Origin: Fibrobacteria bacterium GUT307
GTDB lineage: Bacteria > Fibrobacterota > Fibrobacteria > Fibrobacterales > Fibrobacteraceae
Direction of reading: 5' to 3'
NCBI GenBank assembly: GCA_001462235.1
Contig: LIUI01000155.1
Coordinates: 1,766-65,765, forward strand
DNA: 64,000 nt
Shown: piece after piece, positions 1 to 8,972 of the stretch
How positions within the stretch are numbered: position 1 is the first letter of the stretch
How the letters are laid out: each line of letters starts with the position of its first letter
The notes under the pieces: generated by a model
Database searches by the model: none
What the model saw: the letters and a program-made list of their open reading frames with translations, nothing else
Told to the model about the DNA's origin: nothing
Made by a program: the position numbers and the translations under genes

Positions 1-1
1 T

Positions 2-130
2 TTGAATAGCCAAATTGAAAATTTACTAGATTTACTGCGGGCAGAATTCTGCAATGCCAACACCAGGATTGCAGGAGCGACCCAAAAACAGTCCAGCGGA
101 ACGCTCACAACCGGGCAACCGGCGAGCTAG
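2..130 (+). CDS. 3' end of an ORF entering from the left edge; position fits a DGR accessory (Avd-like) gene, but this is unproven
   Basis: Open frame from the window edge to TAG at 128-130 (..LNSQIENLLDLLRAEF..). It lies immediately upstream of the template repeat, where Avd genes usually sit. No family motif recognised. Confidence 0.2.
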   Translation: MNSQIENLLDLLRAEFCNANTRIAGATQKQSSGTLTTGQPAS

Positions 131-194
131 GAGAATGGCTAGTGAGATTTTCTTTTAGAACCTCTTGCCGGCCAGCAAAAAGTTTCCGCTTATG

Positions 195-389
195 TTTCTG
201 CTCTGCCGGGCGGCAACGGCAACTCGGATGGCAGTTTCAACAATGTTGGCAACAACGGCAACTGGTGGAGTGCCAGCGAGAACAATAGCAACAACGCCTA
301 CAACAGGAACATGAACTACAACAACGACAACGCGAACTACAACAACAACAATAAGAACAACTTGTACTCTGTTCGTTGTTTGCAGGACT
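195..389 (+). repeat. DGR template repeat (TR)
   Basis: 195 nt matching 32167-32361 with 23 mismatches, all at TR adenines. Contains 21 AAC codons in the frame of the target gene. Lies directly 5' of a DGR-type RT. Confidence 0.93.
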
Positions 390-1489
390 GTAACGGGGAA
401 GCGGTAGGGGCGTTGCATGCAACGCCCCTACAGGCTTCCCCTATCTTTTTGGAGTTGCACAGAGCCTACCTAGATGCCCGTAAACACAAACGCAATACAA
501 TAAATCAACTTAAATTTGAACGCCGTTTAGAAGTGGAATTGCTTTCTCTTTGCAAAGAGCTTGAAACCCATACTTACGAGCTTAAGCCGGGAATATGCTT
601 TATCAATGAATTGCCTGTAAAGCGTGAAATTATCGCCGCAGATTTTAGAGACAGGGTAATCCATCATTTTCTCTACAACAGGATTTATCCCGCCTTAGAC
701 AGAAAGTTTATTTACGATTCTTACAGTTGCAGGGTAGGCAAAGGAACATTGTTTGGCATAAAAAGGGTGCAAAAATTTTTGAAATCGTGCGGGGCAACGC
801 CCTGGGTTTTGCGTTTGGACATACAAGGATTTTTCATGGCTATAAACCGCAGCATCTTGTTTGATTTGATAATCAAAGGATTGCAAAATGAGATTTGCGA
901 TTTATCCAAGTTTTTAATCCGTAAAATAGTATTCAACAACCCTTTGAAAGATTCTCTTTTCAAAAGCCCAAAATCCGCTTGGAATGATTTGCCTCCGGAC
1001 AAATCCTTGATGTATTCTGCCCCAAACTGTGGCCTCCCTATAGGCAACCTAACAAGCCAGGTTTTTGCGAATGTGTATCTGAATCCCTTAGACCATTTTA
1101 TAAAAAGGGATTTAAAAATAAAGTGCTACGGCAGGTATGTTGACGACATGGTTTTAATCCACAGCGACAAGCAAATTTTGCTGAATGCAATCTTGCATAT
1201 AAGGGAATTTTTATTGAAGAAACTGAAATTGACTTTGCACCCCCGCAAAATCCGCTTGCAGCAAGCATATAAAGGCTTTGATTTTTTAGGTGCCCGCATA
1301 TCGCCTTTTTATTTAGGCCCCGGAAAACGCATTGCAGGTAATTTTTGCGAATGTATTTTTGACCCCTTGCCAAATTTTGAAAAGCAAGTGCAAAGGGTGC
1401 AGAGTTATTTGGGATTGTTGGGAAGCTTTAGCAAGCGGTGCAACATCGGGGGCATCGGAGTTCAGACAATTTTACTATGTTTACAATAA
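311..1489 (+). CDS. DGR-type reverse transcriptase
   Basis: YVDD catalytic box (YGRYVDDMVLI), PIGNLTSQVFANVYL (the DGR-typical [ILV]GxxxSQ motif) and ADFRDRVIHHFL. The ATG at 311 lies inside the TR, and there is no other ATG before the RT domain. The real start may be TTG at 449 or 455, after the hairpin. Confidence 0.9.
   Translation: MNYNNDNANYNNNNKNNLYSVRCLQDCNGEAVGALHATPLQASPIFLELHRAYLDARKHKRNTINQLKFERRLEVELLSLCKELETHTYELKPGICFINELPVKREIIAADFRDRVIHHFLYNRIYPALDRKFIYDSYSCRVGKGTLFGIKRVQKFLKSCGATPWVLRLDIQGFFMAINRSILFDLIIKGLQNEICDLSKFLIRKIVFNNPLKDSLFKSPKSAWNDLPPDKSLMYSAPNCGLPIGNLTSQVFANVYLNPLDHFIKRDLKIKCYGRYVDDMVLIHSDKQILLNAILHIREFLLKKLKLTLHPRKIRLQQAYKGFDFLGARISPFYLGPGKRIAGNFCECIFDPLPNFEKQVQRVQSYLGLLGSFSKRCNIGGIGVQTILLCLQ
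395..441. other. Long GC-rich hairpin in the TR-RT spacer
   Basis: GGGGAAGC-G-GTAGGGGCGTTGCA / TGCAACGCCCCTAC-AG-GCTTCCCC, about 22 bp of near-perfect stem. The core palindrome recurs at 11748-11775. Confidence 0.8.
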
Positions 1490-1516
1490 TGAACTTGAAA
1501 AGAAGTTTTGACGCAT

Positions 1517-2635
1517 TTACATTTTTTCTTGATTTTCTCGCAAGCAAACAACTTTTATGAACCAAGTGCAGAGCGGCACGCTCAAAATCAAACCCCATAG
1601 CCCAAATATTTTCCCGAATACCGTTAAAATACCTAGAACAACAACTGGATTCATGTGCAAGTGAGAACCATATATGCGTGGATTGAGTATATATGCCTCA
1701 ATAGCGTGTATAATGCAAATTAGGCCTACTGCCAAAAACATTTGAAAAAGCCCGTGATCTTGCAAAGATACCATGCAAATAGGCACAGAAGACATGAACA
1801 CCCCCGCTATAGGCACAAAACTGCACAAAAACACGGTAGAAAGCAAAAATGCCGAGTATTTTCCAATGCCTAGCAGCCAAAGCCCAATTCCCGTTAATAC
1901 GGTATTCAAAATAGCTATAAAGAACTGCGCTTCAAAAGCCTTCCCAAGCATTTTTGAAAATTGCACTATGCCGGGTTTTATCTCTTGAACAATAAACGAC
2001 ATTCGCGATTGTTCTAGCTTTCTCATAGAGCGAACCAGGCGAGGGGAGTCTAGGGTAATTAAAAAGGAAAAAAGCAAGGACAGCAAAAAGGAGCTGGCAA
2101 TCCCAGCTACCTTCCCGGAATAAAGCAAAACTCTGGCGAGATTTTTTTTGATATTCCCGCTCTGTTCTGCGGTAGGCAAATCAAAAGCGTGATGCAAAAT
2201 CAAAAGAGTTGGTGATTTTATGCTGTAGCCTTCTGCTAAGTTGGAATGCTCAATATCTGCTATCATTTGATCAACAATAGGGAAAGACACCCTAAGGGTA
2301 TTGATTTGGGTATCCATTGCTCCTATATAACTGTCAAAATTATTCAAAAACAAACGAGTTTGGATTTTAACTTCCGTAGCTAAGAAATATATGCTTCCGC
2401 TTATGGCTAACAAAAGCACCATGCCTATTAACCAAGTTCTAAGGCGATAATTTTTTATTTTGGGTTTAAGTTTTTCTCCTGCTCTATATTGCAAAAAAGA
2501 AAACACAAAGGTAAGGAATATGAGTAAAAAGAAGGAACGCAGTAAGTAAAGGGCTACAAAAAACCCAAGCCAAACTGCGATTTTAGCGAACTGCGGATAC
2601 TTAGTGACGAGCCAGGGCGGTGCCGAATTTAACAT
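1517..2635 (-). CDS. AI-2E family transporter (PerM/UPF0118-like permease)
   Basis: 372 aa polytopic membrane protein with the layout and C-terminal ILNPRIYG-type segment typical of AI-2E/PerM permeases. Confidence 0.6.
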   Translation of the reverse strand: MLNSAPPWLVTKYPQFAKIAVWLGFFVALYLLRSFFLLIFLTFVFSFLQYRAGEKLKPKIKNYRLRTWLIGMVLLLAISGSIYFLATEVKIQTRLFLNNFDSYIGAMDTQINTLRVSFPIVDQMIADIEHSNLAEGYSIKSPTLLILHHAFDLPTAEQSGNIKKNLARVLLYSGKVAGIASSFLLSLLFSFLITLDSPRLVRSMRKLEQSRMSFIVQEIKPGIVQFSKMLGKAFEAQFFIAILNTVLTGIGLWLLGIGKYSAFLLSTVFLCSFVPIAGVFMSSVPICMVSLQDHGLFQMFLAVGLICIIHAIEAYILNPRIYGSHLHMNPVVVLGILTVFGKIFGLWGLILSVPLCTWFIKVVCLRENQEKM

Positions 2636-2673
2636 TTGAACTTTAATTTAGAAAATTCCAACCGTTATTTTTT

Positions 2674-2679
2674 TATATT
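2674..2679 (+). promoter_or_regulatory. -10 box 7 nt upstream of the fur-family ATG (leaderless candidate)
   Basis: TATATT-tctcttt-ATG. Confidence 0.45.
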
Positions 2680-2686
2680 TCTCTTT

Positions 2687-3115
2687 ATGGATTTGGAAAA
2701 AGCCATCAAAATTTATAAGGATTTTTTGAAATCCAAGGGTTTGCTGTACACGCAACCGCGCGAAATTGTTTTAAAAGAGGCAATATCTGCTACGTGGCAT
2801 TTTTCTGCAGACGAACTTATTTTACAAATGCACAATCATGGAATAAGCATAAGCCGAGCCACGGTTTACAGAACTCTTGCTTCCATGAAAGAAGCGGGCA
2901 TTTTGAATTCCGTTGATTTTGGGCACGGGCATATACACTACGAGGCTCCAAAAGCAAGGAAGCAACATGAGCATATAAGCTGCGAAAAATGCGGCACTAT
3001 TTGCGAAATACAAATAGAAAACCTCGATAAGGCCATAAACTCAGCCGCTGCAAAAGCCAAATTTAAGCACATACAATACGCCATAAGAATTTCCGGCGTG
3101 TGCGAAAAATGTTAG
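2687..3115 (+). CDS. Fur family transcriptional regulator
   Basis: Winged-helix N-terminus (TQPREIVL..ISRATVYRTL), HGHIHYE, CEKCG..(x)..CEKC metal-binding pairs. ATG at 2687 preferred over the TTG at 2636. Confidence 0.8.
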   Translation: MDLEKAIKIYKDFLKSKGLLYTQPREIVLKEAISATWHFSADELILQMHNHGISISRATVYRTLASMKEAGILNSVDFGHGHIHYEAPKARKQHEHISCEKCGTICEIQIENLDKAINSAAAKAKFKHIQYAIRISGVCEKC

Positions 3116-3129
3116 TAAACCCATATTTC

Positions 3130-3135
3130 TACATT
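3130..3135 (+). promoter_or_regulatory. -10 box 9 nt upstream of the guaA ATG
   Basis: TTTCTACATTACCCCCatcATG. Same TTTCTAYATTAYCCCC block as dapA and 30634. Confidence 0.45.
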
Positions 3136-3144
3136 ACCCCCATC

Positions 3145-4947
3145 ATGGAAACCGATACCCTTGCTGTTTTAGACTTTGGTGGGCAATATGCGCACTTAAT
3201 TGCAAATAGAATTAGAAGGATTGGCGTATTTACCCGCATATTTTCGCCAGATTCTCCCGCAGAAACGCTGAACGGCGTAAAAGGCATTGTTTTTAGCGGC
3301 GGCCCTACAAGCGTTTACGGAAAAGATGCGCCTGCATTCAATAAAGAAATTTTGAATTTAAAAATTCCAATGCTGGGAATATGCTACGGCCACCAACTCA
3401 TAGCGCAATGCTTGGGTGGCAAAGTATCGCCGGGAAAAATAAAAGAATATGGCATAGCCAACTTAGAAATCACAGATAAAGAAAGTTTACTTCTTAAAAA
3501 TATTCCTTCAAAAAGCCGTGCATGGATGAGCCACGGAGACCAGGTTTCAAAACTTCCGGATGGTTTTAAAATCATAGCAATCACAAATGATTGCGAATTT
3601 GCGGCAGTTGAAAATCTTGAGAGAAAATTTTACGGCATACAGTTTCATCCGGAAGTAACGCATAGCGAATATGGCGAAAAGGTTTTGGAAAATTTTGCGA
3701 TAAATATATGTAAATGCAAAAAATCTTGGGACGTCAAAAGCTACTTGCCGCAGATAAGCGAAAAAATAATCGAAACAGTTGCAAATAAAAAAGTGTTCTT
3801 GCTGGTGAGCGGCGGTGTGGATTCTACCGTGGCATTTGTGCTTTTGAATAGAATTTTGGGCAGCGAAAAAGTCTTGGGTTTGCATATAGACAACGGCATG
3901 ATGAGGCTAAATGAAAGCCGCCAAGTGATGGATTTTTTGCAAAAAGAAGGCATGAACAATTTGCAAGTTTGCGATGCAAGCGAAGATTTTTTAAAAGCAT
4001 TGCAAGGCATTGCAGAACCGGAAGCAAAACGAAAAATTATCGGTGATACCTTTCTCAAAATAAAAGATAGGGAAATGCAGCGCCTATCGCTAAATGCAGA
4101 AGAATGGCTAATAGCCCAAGGCACTATTTACCCAGATACCATTGAGAGCGGCGGCACAAAAAATGCAGATGTGATTAAAACCCATCACAACCGAGTGCAA
4201 GGCATTCTGGATTTGCAAGAAAAGGGGTTGTTGTTAGAGCCGCTAGCAGATTTGTACAAAGATGAAGTTAGGTATTTAGGTGAAGAACTCGGCATTCCTA
4301 AAGAACTTGTTTGGCGGCATCCTTTCCCTGGCCCCGGGCTTGGGGTTCGCCTGCTATGCAGCGATGGAAAGGTTACTCACAAAACTTTTGACGAAATTCC
4401 TGATTTAAAAAACACTCTGGAAACGAATTCCTTAAAAGGGACATTGCTTCCCATAAAAAGCGTAGGTGTGCAAGGGGATGCAAGGACTTATGCCCAGCCA
4501 TTACTTATAGAAAGCGAACTTCCGTGGCAAATTTTGGAAAAGCACAGCACCGCCATTATAAACCGTTTTGCAGAAATCAACCGTTTGGCGTGGCTAGTTG
4601 GGCGTGTTGCAGATTTACCCCCGGAACCTTTGGAATTGCACTCTGAAAGAGCAGCTTTTGACCAACTCAGAATTTTTGACAATATTTGCAATAATTTTTT
4701 GCTTGAAAATAATTTATACAATAAAATATGGCAAATGCCGGTTGTTTTGCTGCCGCTTAAAGTTGCAGGCAAACCCTGCGTTCTTATGCGCCCCGTGAAC
4801 AGCGCAGAGGCAATGACGGCGAATTTTGCAAAAATAGACCAAGAATTGCTGAAAAATACTCTGTGGCCAAAGTTAAAAGAAGCTGGAGCCGGAGCATTAT
4901 TTTATGATATTACACACAAGCCGCCTGCTACTATTGAGTGGGAATGA
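3145..4947 (+). CDS. guaA: GMP synthase (glutamine-hydrolysing), long form
   Basis: GATase-1 motifs (GICYGHQL, FHPEV), ATP-PPase SGGVDS loop, C-terminal dimerisation region. METDTL start chosen because a -10 box lies just upstream. Confidence 0.9.
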   Translation: METDTLAVLDFGGQYAHLIANRIRRIGVFTRIFSPDSPAETLNGVKGIVFSGGPTSVYGKDAPAFNKEILNLKIPMLGICYGHQLIAQCLGGKVSPGKIKEYGIANLEITDKESLLLKNIPSKSRAWMSHGDQVSKLPDGFKIIAITNDCEFAAVENLERKFYGIQFHPEVTHSEYGEKVLENFAINICKCKKSWDVKSYLPQISEKIIETVANKKVFLLVSGGVDSTVAFVLLNRILGSEKVLGLHIDNGMMRLNESRQVMDFLQKEGMNNLQVCDASEDFLKALQGIAEPEAKRKIIGDTFLKIKDREMQRLSLNAEEWLIAQGTIYPDTIESGGTKNADVIKTHHNRVQGILDLQEKGLLLEPLADLYKDEVRYLGEELGIPKELVWRHPFPGPGLGVRLLCSDGKVTHKTFDEIPDLKNTLETNSLKGTLLPIKSVGVQGDARTYAQPLLIESELPWQILEKHSTAIINRFAEINRLAWLVGRVADLPPEPLELHSERAAFDQLRIFDNICNNFLLENNLYNKIWQMPVVLLPLKVAGKPCVLMRPVNSAEAMTANFAKIDQELLKNTLWPKLKEAGAGALFYDITHKPPATIEWE

Positions 4948-4977
4948 GTCAAAATGTGAATTTTCCCCTATATTACC

Positions 4978-5006
4978 TTGCCAAAGTGAAAAAAAATTGC
5001 TATATT
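4978..5006 (+). promoter_or_regulatory. Sigma-70-type promoter of the CBM48 gene
   Basis: TTGCCA, 17 nt, TATATT. The CTATATTTGTGTA block is identical to the one in the rpsU promoter. Confidence 0.6.
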
Positions 5007-5035
5007 TGTGTACGCATTTCTAAAAAGGAGGCTAT

Positions 5036-5395
5036 ATGGCATTAAAAAAAGAAACGAAGCCGGCTAAAAGCGTTGCTAAAACTGCACCCAAAACTGCGGT
5101 AAAAGCGGTAAAAACAGTTAAAGAGACTGCTAAAAAAGGCAAAACTTCCGAAGTGGAGTTCAAAGCCTATTCCCCGGCTTCTGGTTCTGTTGCCGTTGCC
5201 GGTGATTTTAACGGTTGGAAACCGCAAGCTCTCAAAAAAGGCAAAAACGGAAACTGGAGCGCAAAACTCAAATTGCCTTCTGGCGTTCACCAATACAAGC
5301 TCGTTTTTGACGGGCAATACTGGCAAGTGGACAACGGAAATCCAGAGCGCATTTCCGACGGTCATGGCGGTGAAAACAGCATTGTGAGAGTTTAA
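5036..5395 (+). CDS. CBM48/AMPK-beta-like glycogen-binding domain protein with Lys/Ala-rich N-terminal tail
   Basis: VAVAGDFNGW..W..L.L..G.HQYKLVFDGQYW.D motif pattern. Strong AAGGAGG RBS at about 5024-5030. N-terminus KKETKPAKSVAKTAPKTAVKAVK. Confidence 0.7.
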   Translation: MALKKETKPAKSVAKTAPKTAVKAVKTVKETAKKGKTSEVEFKAYSPASGSVAVAGDFNGWKPQALKKGKNGNWSAKLKLPSGVHQYKLVFDGQYWQVDNGNPERISDGHGGENSIVRV

Positions 5396-5419
5396 CAATA
5401 AATCCTAAACTAAACTTCA

Positions 5420-6673
5420 GTGCAAGAATACAATGTTTCTTTTGGTGACAATGAAATAGCTCTAGCGGTTGAGCGCTTTGGCTCTCCGCTTTGGCTTTAT
5501 GATATTGGAGTTATAGAGAAACGTATTTGGGATTTGCGTTTTTTTGGCGTTATTCGCTACGCTCAAAAAGCTGCTCCAAATATAAATCTGCTCTCTAGAG
5601 TTAGGCACATGGGAGTTGATGTAGATGCGGTAAGCGCAGGCGAAATTGTCCGTGCTTTGCGGGCTGGTTTTGCACCAAACCAAATAAGGTACACCGCAGA
5701 TATCTTCGATAGAGACGCTCTTGCTTTGATAAAGGAGCATTCAATCCCTGTCAATATAGGCAGTTTGGATATGCTTTTTCAACTGCGCGAAGCAGGTATA
5801 AAAGTTCCTTTGGCAATCCGTATAAATCCGGGGTTTGGGCACGGGCATTCTAATAAGGTGAATACCGGCGGTGAACACTCAAAGCACGGAATTTGGCATA
5901 GTGAGCTGGAATATGCTGTTAAAAAAGCAAAGGAATTTGGTTTTAAAGTTGAATGTTTGCACATGCACATAGGTTCTGGTTCAGATTATATACACCTTTC
6001 ACAGGTAGCTTCTGCAATGCAGCGAGCCGTTGATTCTATTGAAGAATTCACTTCAACACTAAAAATAATAAGCATTGGCGGCGGTTTACCCATATCTTAT
6101 AAAAGAGACGAACCTTGGCACATAAGCATGGATAAATACTACGGTATTTGGGATGCTACACGCAAAGAAATCAGCGGGGTAGCGGGCAATTATCTTCAAC
6201 TGGAAATTGAGCCGGGGCGTTATTTAGTAGCCGAGAGCTGTGTTTTAGCTGCAGAAATTCGGGCTGTGAAAAAAATGGGAAATAACTTGTTTTACCTAGT
6301 AGATGCGGGTTTTACGGATTTGGTGCGCCCGGCTTTTTACGGGGCCTATCACCATATTTCCATTATTCACAAAAATAAAAGAGAAACCAACGAAGAGGTA
6401 GATGTAATAGTCGCAGGCCCGCTTTGCGAAAGTGGCGATGTTTTTACCCAAGAAGAAGGCGGCGTTGTTGTAAGCCGTAAATTGCCGCTTGCACAGGTTG
6501 GCGATTTGCTTGTAATTCACGATGCAGGCGCTTATGGTTCTGCTATGAGCAGCAACTACAATTCTCGCCTGCTTGCACCAGAAGTTCTTTGGGAAAAAGG
6601 AGAGTTCACGCAAATAAGAAGGCGGCAGACTTTTGAACAATTATTGGAAAATGAGCGCGATGAATCGTTATGA
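5420..6673 (+). CDS. lysA: Diaminopimelate decarboxylase
   Basis: Fold-III PLP decarboxylase motifs: YAQKA (PLP lysine), HIGSG, EPGR, CESGD, DAGAY. GTG start. Confidence 0.85.
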   Translation: MQEYNVSFGDNEIALAVERFGSPLWLYDIGVIEKRIWDLRFFGVIRYAQKAAPNINLLSRVRHMGVDVDAVSAGEIVRALRAGFAPNQIRYTADIFDRDALALIKEHSIPVNIGSLDMLFQLREAGIKVPLAIRINPGFGHGHSNKVNTGGEHSKHGIWHSELEYAVKKAKEFGFKVECLHMHIGSGSDYIHLSQVASAMQRAVDSIEEFTSTLKIISIGGGLPISYKRDEPWHISMDKYYGIWDATRKEISGVAGNYLQLEIEPGRYLVAESCVLAAEIRAVKKMGNNLFYLVDAGFTDLVRPAFYGAYHHISIIHKNKRETNEEVDVIVAGPLCESGDVFTQEEGGVVVSRKLPLAQVGDLLVIHDAGAYGSAMSSNYNSRLLAPEVLWEKGEFTQIRRRQTFEQLLENERDESL

Positions 6674-7280
6674 CTTGGTTTTGCTGGGATTTATATTAGA
6701 GGAAAATTCCAGCGGTTACGACATTATCTCTAAAATAAAGGAGCGGGAATTGGAGCGGTGGGCTATGATAAGCACATCTACCGTGTATAATCGCCTGAAT
6801 TACCTTGAAAAGCACAAATGTATAGAGGGTAAAACCGTCCAAAAGGCAAAGTACCCGCCTGCAACGGTTTATAGCATAACCGCAAAGGGCAAAGATGTTC
6901 TCAATAGGGAAGTGATGAAGCATTTAATAGGCTTTAACGATGACCCAAGAACGCTAGGCTATGCTTTTTTGTTTGGATTAGAAGACAAACGCAATTTAAT
7001 GCGGCTCTTAGAAGAACACGAGGTAAAATTGCGGGGAGAGATTGCCCGGCTAGACAAAATGATAGAAGATGAGCCAAGGCCAACTCTTTATCCCGAGGGT
7101 CCTTTTTTGAATTGCATGAGCCGCGATCACATTTTAGTTGAGCTAAAATATTTACGAGCCGCGATGCTAATTCTGCAAGACCCGGAAAAATCTGCCATGC
7201 TAAACGGATACTTTTTCATAAACTTTGGCAACCGCGAATGGCAAAAAAAAACAATCATTGGCACAGAGCATCCTGTTTAG
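6651..7280 (+). CDS. PadR family transcriptional regulator
   Basis: N-terminal PadR winged helix (LVLLGFILEENSSGYDI..STVYNRLNYLEKHKCIEG). Start uncertain (6633 TTG, 6651 or 6660 ATG). Confidence 0.65.
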   Translation: MSAMNRYDLVLLGFILEENSSGYDIISKIKERELERWAMISTSTVYNRLNYLEKHKCIEGKTVQKAKYPPATVYSITAKGKDVLNREVMKHLIGFNDDPRTLGYAFLFGLEDKRNLMRLLEEHEVKLRGEIARLDKMIEDEPRPTLYPEGPFLNCMSRDHILVELKYLRAAMLILQDPEKSAMLNGYFFINFGNREWQKKTIIGTEHPV

Positions 7281-8478
7281 GGCTAAAGCCAAGGCACCAA
7301 GATACTCCATCCGTGCGGTTTGCATAATTTGATATTGGAAGCTGCATGGCTGTTCTTTGCCCCAGAGGGAAGGGGTTATCTCCGGTTTTTGAATAGTACA
7401 GAGAATCTACAACCAAGTCATCGCAAAAAAATCCAAGACTTTGCTGGGAATCCGTAAGTCCAAAACTTTTATAATTAAAATCTGCATTGCTAACGCTGTC
7501 GCGTCCTAGAAGGAGGTACTCCATAGGTGGCAAAATCAAGGTTTCCGGTGTAGCAGATATACTAGACATAAGAATTCTATATGATGCCGAAGTTTCATTC
7601 CTGCCTCTTGCTATGCGGCAAGATGATAATTTTAGAGTGTCTAAGGTTGCGTTGTAAATTTCCATATATTCAAAATTGACTCCATTTTTAGGGTCTGTAA
7701 AAATTTCCGTGAAAAATAATTCCCCGTATTTTTGTGGCGGCCTGGAACCCGATGTGGGAAGGATTGCCACAATTTGCATGGGCTCTGTAGAGCTGCTTTC
7801 TAATTCCAGAATTGCAGAACCCATATTTGATCTTAGCTGCATTGTTTCGGTTTGCAAAATTGAAGATATCATTATTTCCTTTTCCCCTAAGAATAGAATA
7901 GCGCCGCTTGGGTCTTTGAGTTCCACTTTTATGGTTAGAGTTTGGCTTAAAGGCAAAGCACCGGTGTTAAAAATTCCCTTGCCGTTTTCAATTTGCATTT
8001 GAAATTCCAGACCATCTATAGATAGTGTTCCTGAGTGGATATTCTCACTATTTGCCAGCCCTATGGGAATTTCCAGCTTTAAAAAGCCGTAAAGAGGCGT
8101 TAAGGATATTGGGATGGTAGCCGTTTGATTTGCGATTATATCTGCGTTTGCCTCGCCTTTTTGAACTAGTTTGCCGTTGTCTGCATATACTTTTACCTCA
8201 AATTTTCTGTTTTCCCCAAGCGGAATGCCATATATCTTTATATCCTCACCTATTGATTTCGCGGATACGTATATGTTTTCAATATCCTCAGCAGACACAA
8301 GAACGGAAATACTGTCTAGCAAGGGAACCTGAATTTTCCCTAAAAACAGTTTAACTGTTCCATCGTCCCCTTCCTTGATTCCGTTGCCATAATCACTGCA
8401 GGCCACCACAAACAACGCGATTACTACGGCCCACATACTGCAAGCTGCAGCACACAAAAAGCAAAAATGCCTTATCAT
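7255..8478 (-). CDS. Lipoprotein with C-terminal lamin-tail-like domain
   Basis: Signal peptide plus lipobox (FVVAC). ELFFTEIFTDP..FEYMEIYN resembles LTD signature. GGAGG RBS before the ATG at 8478. Confidence 0.5.
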   Translation of the reverse strand: MIRHFCFLCAAACSMWAVVIALFVVACSDYGNGIKEGDDGTVKLFLGKIQVPLLDSISVLVSAEDIENIYVSAKSIGEDIKIYGIPLGENRKFEVKVYADNGKLVQKGEANADIIANQTATIPISLTPLYGFLKLEIPIGLANSENIHSGTLSIDGLEFQMQIENGKGIFNTGALPLSQTLTIKVELKDPSGAILFLGEKEIMISSILQTETMQLRSNMGSAILELESSSTEPMQIVAILPTSGSRPPQKYGELFFTEIFTDPKNGVNFEYMEIYNATLDTLKLSSCRIARGRNETSASYRILMSSISATPETLILPPMEYLLLGRDSVSNADFNYKSFGLTDSQQSLGFFCDDLVVDSLYYSKTGDNPFPLGQRTAMQLPISNYANRTDGVSWCLGFSPKQDALCQ

Positions 8479-8503
8479 AAAAACCTCCAATGTTTCTATA
8501 TAC

Positions 8504-8532
8504 TTAGACGGAAAAAATGGGGGGGTTGGTTC
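8504..8532 (-). promoter_or_regulatory. ECF-type promoter (GAAC-N18-CGTCTAA) upstream of the LTD lipoprotein gene
   Basis: Minus strand reads GAAC (8529-8532), 18 nt, CGTCTAA (8504-8510), 26 nt before the ATG. Confidence 0.55.
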
Positions 8533-8539
8533 AAAAAAA

Positions 8540-8573
8540 GTGATTTTGCAAACAACTGTTGACGTTTTTTTGC
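8540..8573 (+). repeat. Conserved intergenic box GTGATTTTGCAA-CA-TGTTGACGTTTTTTTGC (copy 1)
   Basis: Near-identical to 33409-33442 and 35172-35200. Confidence 0.75.
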
Positions 8574-8597
8574 ATTTTTTTTCATTGATTATGATTT

Positions 8598-8969
8598 TTA
8601 GGAAAAACGCACCGATTTAACCGCTATTTTCCCTAAAATTTTGTTACATGCGGCTATAATGCTTGTTTTTATAGCCATAGCCTCGGCACGCCAAACGGAT
8701 GAATTTATTTTTAAGATAAGAGTTTCTTCTTTTAAAGTGACGATTATTGCTTTTTCTTGCAGATTTTTTGGTAAAATTTTGGCTTTATTCTCGTTCAAAA
8801 TAAGGACATCTTTTTGTTCCTGGCTCAAAAAATTGTTTAAAATATTTGCAGCTAAGAAGCCTGCACCGAGCGGTTCATTTTTGCATAAAGCCGGATTTCT
8901 GCGTTTTTTTTTCAATTTATCGTAAATATCGCAGGCTTCAACAAAAAAATTAGGTTCGTATTTAGTCAT
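8598..8969 (-). CDS. DUF721/DciA-like small protein
   Basis: 123 aa with size and C-terminal pattern (..LILKINSSVWRAEAMAIKTSII..) resembling DUF721 family. Confidence 0.4.
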   Translation of the reverse strand: MTKYEPNFFVEACDIYDKLKKKRRNPALCKNEPLGAGFLAANILNNFLSQEQKDVLILNENKAKILPKNLQEKAIIVTLKEETLILKINSSVWRAEAMAIKTSIIAACNKILGKIAVKSVRFS

Positions 8970-8972
8970 AAA

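Larger units (their letters stand above)
195..1489 (+). mobile_element. Diversity-generating retroelement core (TR, spacer hairpin, reverse transcriptase)
   Basis: TR followed by a 47-nt hairpin and an RT ORF with DGR-specific motifs. A cognate VR is found at 32167-32361. Confidence 0.9.

Noticed and set aside
155-422. Antisense ORFs 155-418 and 237-422 (VVVV/CCCC-rich), plus the analogous 32001-32381 minus-strand ORF
   Set aside because: They are the reverse complement of the AAC-rich TR and of the VR. Their low-complexity translations are a by-product of the repeat, not genes.
311-448. ATG at 311 as the true RT start, giving an Asn-rich N-terminal extension
   Set aside because: The ATG lies inside the TR, and the intervening 395-441 hairpin is better explained as a non-coding spacer. 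It is kept as the annotated ORF boundary only because no other ATG exists.
4986-5045. 19-codon mini-ORF (GTG AAA AAA AAT TGC ...) between guaA and the CBM48 gene
   Set aside because: It spans the -35/-10 of a good sigma-70 promoter and overlaps the RBS of the next gene. It has no independent support.
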